From an uncultured Gemmatimonadaceae bacterium (lineage in GTDB: Bacteria; Gemmatimonadota; Gemmatimonadetes; Gemmatimonadales; Gemmatimonadaceae): a stretch of DNA of 64,000 nt. A model generated the notes under the pieces. It did not search any database. It was not told the origin of the DNA and worked only from the letters and a program-made list of their open reading frames with translations. The stretch is taken from contig CAVPOS010000014.1 in NCBI GenBank assembly GCA_963707105.1, positions 212,621 to 276,620 of the forward strand. Reading direction: 5' to 3'. The translations under genes and the position numbers were made by a program. Positions 59,497 through 64,000 of the stretch are shown one piece after another; the stretch's first letter is position 1, and the number at the start of each line of letters is the position of its first letter.

Positions 59497-60333
59497 GTGC
59501 CTTCCCCGAAACCGCGCCGCGCGTCGTCCGCCGCTCGCGCCGCCTCGACACATCGCTCGCCGACCGCGCGTCCCGCCGCGCGGCCACGACGCGCCCGACA
59601 ACGTCACGCGCGTCTACACCGAGCTGCGATCCCTGATCATTTCCGGACAACTGCCGCCCGGCGCCCGCATCGCCGAGCGCGCCGTCGTCGCCAGGATGGG
59701 ATTGAGCCGGACCCCGATCCGCAGCGCGCTCCACCGACTGCAGCAGGAAGGGCTCGTCGCGTCGGTCGGGCGCGCCGGCGACCAGCGGCTGATCGTCACG
59801 CCGCTCACGCGCGGCGACGGCCGCGAAGTATTTCTCATCGTCGGGCACCTCGAGGGACTGGCGGCGAGCGAAGCGGCGTCGCTGCCGACGGAGCAGCGCC
59901 GCCAGCTCGTCGCGCGCTTGCGCGAGGTCAACAGCGCGCTCGCCGTCGCGGCGAAGACCAAGGCGTCTCCGGCGCGGCTGTTCGATCTCGATCTGCAGTT
60001 CCACGCCACGTACGTCGAGGGCGTCGCGGGACCGCGCGTCGTCGCGCTGCACCGCGCGATCAAGCCGCAGAGCGAGCGCTACGCCCGCCTGTACGTGAAC
60101 GTGTTGCTGGACGAGCTCCCCACGTCGGTGAAGGAACACGAGTCGATCACCGCCGCCATCGCCAAGGGCGATCGCCGCGGCGCGCAGCACGCCGTGGAAA
60201 CGAACTGGCAGAACGCGGCCGTGCGCTTGTCGAACGTGATCGCCGAGCACGGAGAGCGCGGCAGCTGGCACTTGTGGGGCGGAGACGGAGCGCGGACGGC
60301 AACGGCGCGCGTCCGTCCGACCGCCGCTCCTAG
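59497..60333 (+). CDS. GntR family transcriptional regulator, FadR/FCD subfamily (start and stop both need frame hops)
   Basis: VYTELRSLIISGQLPPGARIAERAVVARMGLSRTPIRSALHRLQQEGLV (GntR winged helix-turn-helix) followed by an FCD-like helical domain (FHATYVEGVAGPRVVALHRAIKPQSERY...HESITAAIAKGDRRGAQHAVETNW). It has no in-frame start. The only nearby stop is the TAG at 60331-60333 in another frame. Confidence 0.75.
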   Translation: MPSPKPRRASSAARAASTHRSPTARPAARPRRARQRHARLHRAAIPDHFRTTAARRPHRRARRRRQDGIEPDPDPQRAPPTAAGRARRVGRARRRPAADRHAAHARRRPRSISHRRAPRGTGGERSGVAADGAAPPARRALARGQQRARRRGEDQGVSGAAVRSRSAVPRHVRRGRRGTARRRAAPRDQAAERALRPPVRERVAGRAPHVGEGTRVDHRRHRQGRSPRRAARRGNELAERGRALVERDRRARRARQLALVGRRRSADGNGARPSDRRS

Positions 60334-60432
60334 TCGACGTCGTCGTACCGGCGGCGTCGCCGTCGCCGTGCAGGCATACCAAAGCTGTACACCGCCGCGC
60401 CTCGCGCGGCCGCCCTTCCCTCTGGAGATCGC

Positions 60433-63400
60433 ATGTCACGCCGACTCGTTCCGCTCGCCGCCGGGGCCGCCCTCCTCGCCGCCTCGGGCGCCGCCGCTCA
60501 AGGCACCCGCTTGCTCCGCCATCCGGCCATCAACGGCAACGCGGTCGCCTTCGAGTACGGCGGCGACCTGTGGGTCACGACGCGCGCCGGCGGCCCGGCG
60601 CGCCGGCTCACCGCGACGCCCGACGTCGAGACGGATCCGCACTTCTCTCCCGACGGATCGCACATCGCGTTCAGCCGCACGTCGAACGGCAACACCGACG
60701 TCTACGTCGTCTCGGCCGCCGGCGGCGAACCGACACGACTCACCTTCCACCCGGGAAACGACCGCGCCCGCGGATGGACGCCCGACGGAAAGCGCGTCGT
60801 CTTCGCCAGCGACCGCGCGAGCGCGCCGCAATCCTCGTACTTCCGGATGTTCACCGTCCCCGCGACCGGCGGCTTCGAGGAGGCTCTCCCGATGCCGCGC
60901 GCGTTCACCGGCACGCACTCTCCCGACGGAGCGCGCGTCGCCTTCGAAGAGATCTCGACGGCGTTCATTCCCGACTGGTACGAGATGAGCATGTGGCGCC
61001 ACTATCGCGGCGGCCGCGTGCACCCGATCAGCATCATCGACCTGGCGACGAACGCCGTCGAGAAGCTGCCGTGGCAGAACAGCAACGACAGCGACCCGAT
61101 GTGGATCGGCAACACGGTGTACTTCCTCTCCGACCGCAACTACACGCGCAACCTGTTCTCGTACAACCTCGCGACGAAGAAGCTCGAGCAGCTGACGCAC
61201 CACGACGACGCCGACATCATGAACGCGTCCGCCGGATCGGACGCGATCGTCTACGAGCAGAACGGCGTCATCCACCTCTTCGACATCAAGACCGGCCAAT
61301 CCAAAGCGCTCGCGATCGACGTCGTCGGCGACTTCCCGTGGGCTCGGCCGCAGTTCAAGCGCGTCGCGAGCATGATCCGCGACGCGAGCCTCTCGCCCAC
61401 CGGCGTGCGCGCGGCGTTCGAGGCGCGCGGCGACATCTTCACGGTTCCGGCCGACAAGGGTGATTGGCGCAACCTGACGAAGTCGCCGGGCGCGCACGAT
61501 CGAAACCCGGTGTGGTCCCCCGACGGCGCGCAGCTCGCGTGGCTCTCCGACGCGAAGGGCGACGACCAGCTCATGATCGCCGACCAGTCGGGCCTCAGCA
61601 CGCCGCGCGCGATCCCGCTCCCCGGCTCGGGCTATTTCTCGGAGCTCGACTGGTCGCCGAACGGAAAGCTGCTGCTCGTCGACGACAACCATCTGAACCT
61701 GTGGACCGTCGACGTCGCGACGGGCAAAGCGACGAAGCTCGACGAGGACGAGTACAACACGCCGGGCCGCAGCTTCCAGGCGACCTGGTCGCCGGACTCG
61801 CGATGGGTCGCGTACACGAAGAGCCTCGACAGCCACATGCGCGCCGTCTTCGTGCGCTCGCTCGCCGAGCAGCAATCTCGGCAACTCACCGACGCGCTCG
61901 CCGACGCCACGTCGCCGAGCTTCGACGCGAGCGGCAAGTATCTCTACTTCCTCGCCAGCACCGACTACGGTCCGAGGTCCGGTTGGGTCGAGATGAGCGC
62001 CGTCGATCGCCCGTCGCGGCGCTCGGTGTATCTCGCGGTGCTCAGCGCGAACGACCCGTCGCCGCTCCTGCCCGAGACGGGCGACGAACCCGCGGGTGCG
62101 CCCGCGCCGCGCGCGAAGCCCGATTCGATTCTGCGCGTCGACTTCGCGAACATCGGCCAGCGGATACTCAGCCTCGACGTGCCCGCCGCCGACTACGGCG
62201 ACCTCGCCGCGGGCCCGGCCGGGACGATCTTCTACTCGGAGACGGTCACCGAAGGCAGCGGCCGAGCCTCGATTCGCCTCCAGCGCTACCAGCTTCGGTT
62301 GCCGGGCGCTCCGGCCGCCGGGCCCGGTGGCGCGTCGACGTTCCTCGAGGGAATTCGATCGTTCACGCTGTCGGCCGACCGAAAGAAGCTGCTCTACTCC
62401 GCCGGCGTCGGCGCGCGGCGCGCGCTGGGGCATCGTCCCGACCGCGGGACCGGCGAAGGTCGGCGACGGCGCGATGAACGTCGCGGCGCTCGAGAGCTGG
62501 ATCGATCCGCGCGCCGAGTGGGCGGAGATCTTCCACGAAGGGCTGCGGCAGCAGCGCGAGTTCTTCTACGACGCCAAGCTCCACGGCGCGGATTGGAAGG
62601 CCGTCGAGACGAAGTACGAGCCGCTCGTCGCGTTCGTGAACCATCGGTCCGACCTGAGCTACCTGATGGCGCAGACCGGCGGCGAGCTGGTCGTCGGACA
62701 TTCGTACATCACCGGCCCAGGCGACGTGCCGAGCGACGCGCCGGTGAGCGTCGGGCTCCTCGGCGCCGACTACACGGTGGAGAACGGCCACTATCGCATC
62801 CACCGCGTCTACACCGGTGAGAACTGGAATCCCGATCTTCGAGCGCCGCTCAGCGCGCCCGGCATCGACGTCAAGGAAGGCGACTATCTGCTCGAGGTGA
62901 ACGGCCGCCCGGTCACGCCGCCGACGAACGTGTACTCGGTGTTCGAGGGAACGGCCGGTCATCAGATCGCGATTCGCGTGAACGGCGCGCCGACGACCGA
63001 AGGATCGCGCGTCGTGACGGTCGTTCCCGTGGCGAGCGAAGACGGATTGCGCACGCGGGCATGGATCGAGGACAATCGCCGCAAGGTCGACGAGCTCTCG
63101 CACGGCAAGCTCGCGTACGTCTGGCTGCCGAACACGTCGATCCCGGGCTATCAGGCGTTCACGCGCTACTTCTACTCGCAGCAGGGCAAGGACGGCGCGA
63201 TCATCGACGAGCGATACAACCACGGCGGGCTCGTCGCCGACTACATCGTGAACGAGCTGGATCGAAAGCCGATGGGTTACTTCGCGATGCGCGACGGCCG
63301 GACATACACGACGCCGGCGGCCGGCATCTACGGTCCCAAGGTGATGATCGTGAACGAGTCGGCCGGCTCCGGCGGCGACGCCCTTCCCTACTACTTCCAG

Positions 63401-63721
63401 ATGCGCCACATCGGCCCACTCGTCGGCACGCGCACGTGGGGCGCGCTCGTCGGCACGACCGGCACGCCTCCGACGATGGACGGCGGCGGCATCACGGCGC
63501 CGAGCTTAGCGTTCTATGATATGAGCGGACACTGGGCCGTGGAGAACCAGGGCATTACGCCCGAGATCCAGGTCGAGTATTCGGCCGCCGAGGTCGCGAA
63601 GGGCCACGATCCGCAGCTCGAGCGCGCGGTGCAGGAGGCCTTGAAGCTCCTCAACGAGCATCCGCCGACGCGCGTCGCTCGGCCCGCGCCGATCGACCGC
63701 GTCAAACCGCCGCAGCACTAG
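60433..63721 (+). CDS. Tricorn protease homologue (S41 family), secreted, about 1095 aa (one frame hop near 62410-62470)
   Basis: MSRRLVPLAAGAALLAASGAAAQ signal, LLRHPAINGNAVAFEYGGDLWV, multiple SPDG propeller blades. A PDZ-like segment GIDVKEGDYLLEVNGRPV, and the catalytic region IIDERYNHGG...IVNESAGSGGDALPYYF (tricorn-type NE.AGSxGD). Confidence 0.9.
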
Positions 63722-63769
63722 GATTGATCTCGAGGGAGAACGTCGCTCCAACGGCCGTAACGGGGTGAA

Positions 63770-63923
63770 ACAGACACAAACGGATGAACGGACACAAACG
63801 GACTGCAAACGACTGACGGAGACTGCGATTCGAGTGATGCCTCGATTATGATCAACCAAGGCAGTCCAAGATTTTGTTTTTGCCGTTCGTCCGTTTGTGT
63901 CCGTTCAGTCCGTTTGTGTCTGT
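63770..63923. repeat. Palindromic intergenic element with the same architecture as the family but a different arm sequence (ACAAACGGAC-type units)
   Basis: The left arm at 63770-63803 (ACAGACACAAACGGATGAACGGACACAAACGGAC) is the reverse complement of the right arm at 63889-63923, apart from one extra G. An inner TCGAG...CTCGA hairpin and a T-rich tract (GATTTTGTTTTTG) are present. The region is locally AT-rich. Confidence 0.65.
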
Positions 63924-64000
63924 GTACAATCGTTGATGCCAGAACGGCTTGAGCCGCACGGGAGGTATTCGGGGCTGATCACTGTTTGAGCGCCGTCCCC

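Overview
This is a visibly GC-rich bacterial chromosomal segment; G+C was judged by eye, not computed. Its gene content fits a Gemmatimonadota- or Acidobacteriota-like soil organism: PadR plus ADOP-type orphan permeases, many Big_2 surface proteins, carboxypeptidase-regulatory-domain outer-membrane proteins, a Ser/Thr kinase and a SusC/SusD pair. All product calls rest on motifs I recognise in the supplied translations; no searches were run.

Layout:
- 1-10.7 kb: three tandem paralogous Big_2 (Ig-like) repeat surface-protein genes plus a TPR-like gene.
- 10.7-16.8 kb: NHL-repeat protein, NAD(P)-binding protein, MgtC-family protein, MerE-like CPCH mini-protein and a large BNR/sortilin-like beta-propeller protein.
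- 17-25 kb (minus strand): M13 peptidase, then a translationally coupled MFP-RND-OMF efflux operon.
- 25.4-33.5 kb: DUF2252, an orphan lipoprotein, a roughly 1000-aa Ser/Thr kinase, and PadR with an ADOP permease.
- 34-45 kb: a roughly 1200-aa TonB-dependent-like outer-membrane protein, YidB, a second FtsX/ADOP-like permease, a PQQ dehydrogenase, and TPR-like and carboxypeptidase-regulatory-domain proteins.
- 45.3-63.7 kb: a nine-gene same-strand string (NSAR/OSBS, APC permease, SusC, SusD, SxxK hydrolase, M23, S9, GNAT-like, beta-propeller) facing a divergent GntR regulator and a tricorn-type protease.

The most interesting signals:
1. The 45-64 kb locus looks like a SusCD-based peptide or muropeptide utilisation system with no glycoside hydrolases.
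2. A family of 200-320 bp nested palindromic, MITE-like intergenic elements has shared termini and arms built from variable 7-10-nt tandem repeats. Two same-orientation copies bracket one outer-membrane protein gene.
3. A conserved hairpin leader sits upstream of two of the Big_2 genes.
4. Candidate PadR and GntR operators are present.

Most genes need one or more frame hops to be read, and the density of these is very uneven. This is either indel-type sequence error or real pseudogenisation, so gene boundaries are approximate. I recognised no rRNA, tRNA, CRISPR array, transposase, integrase or phage genes.
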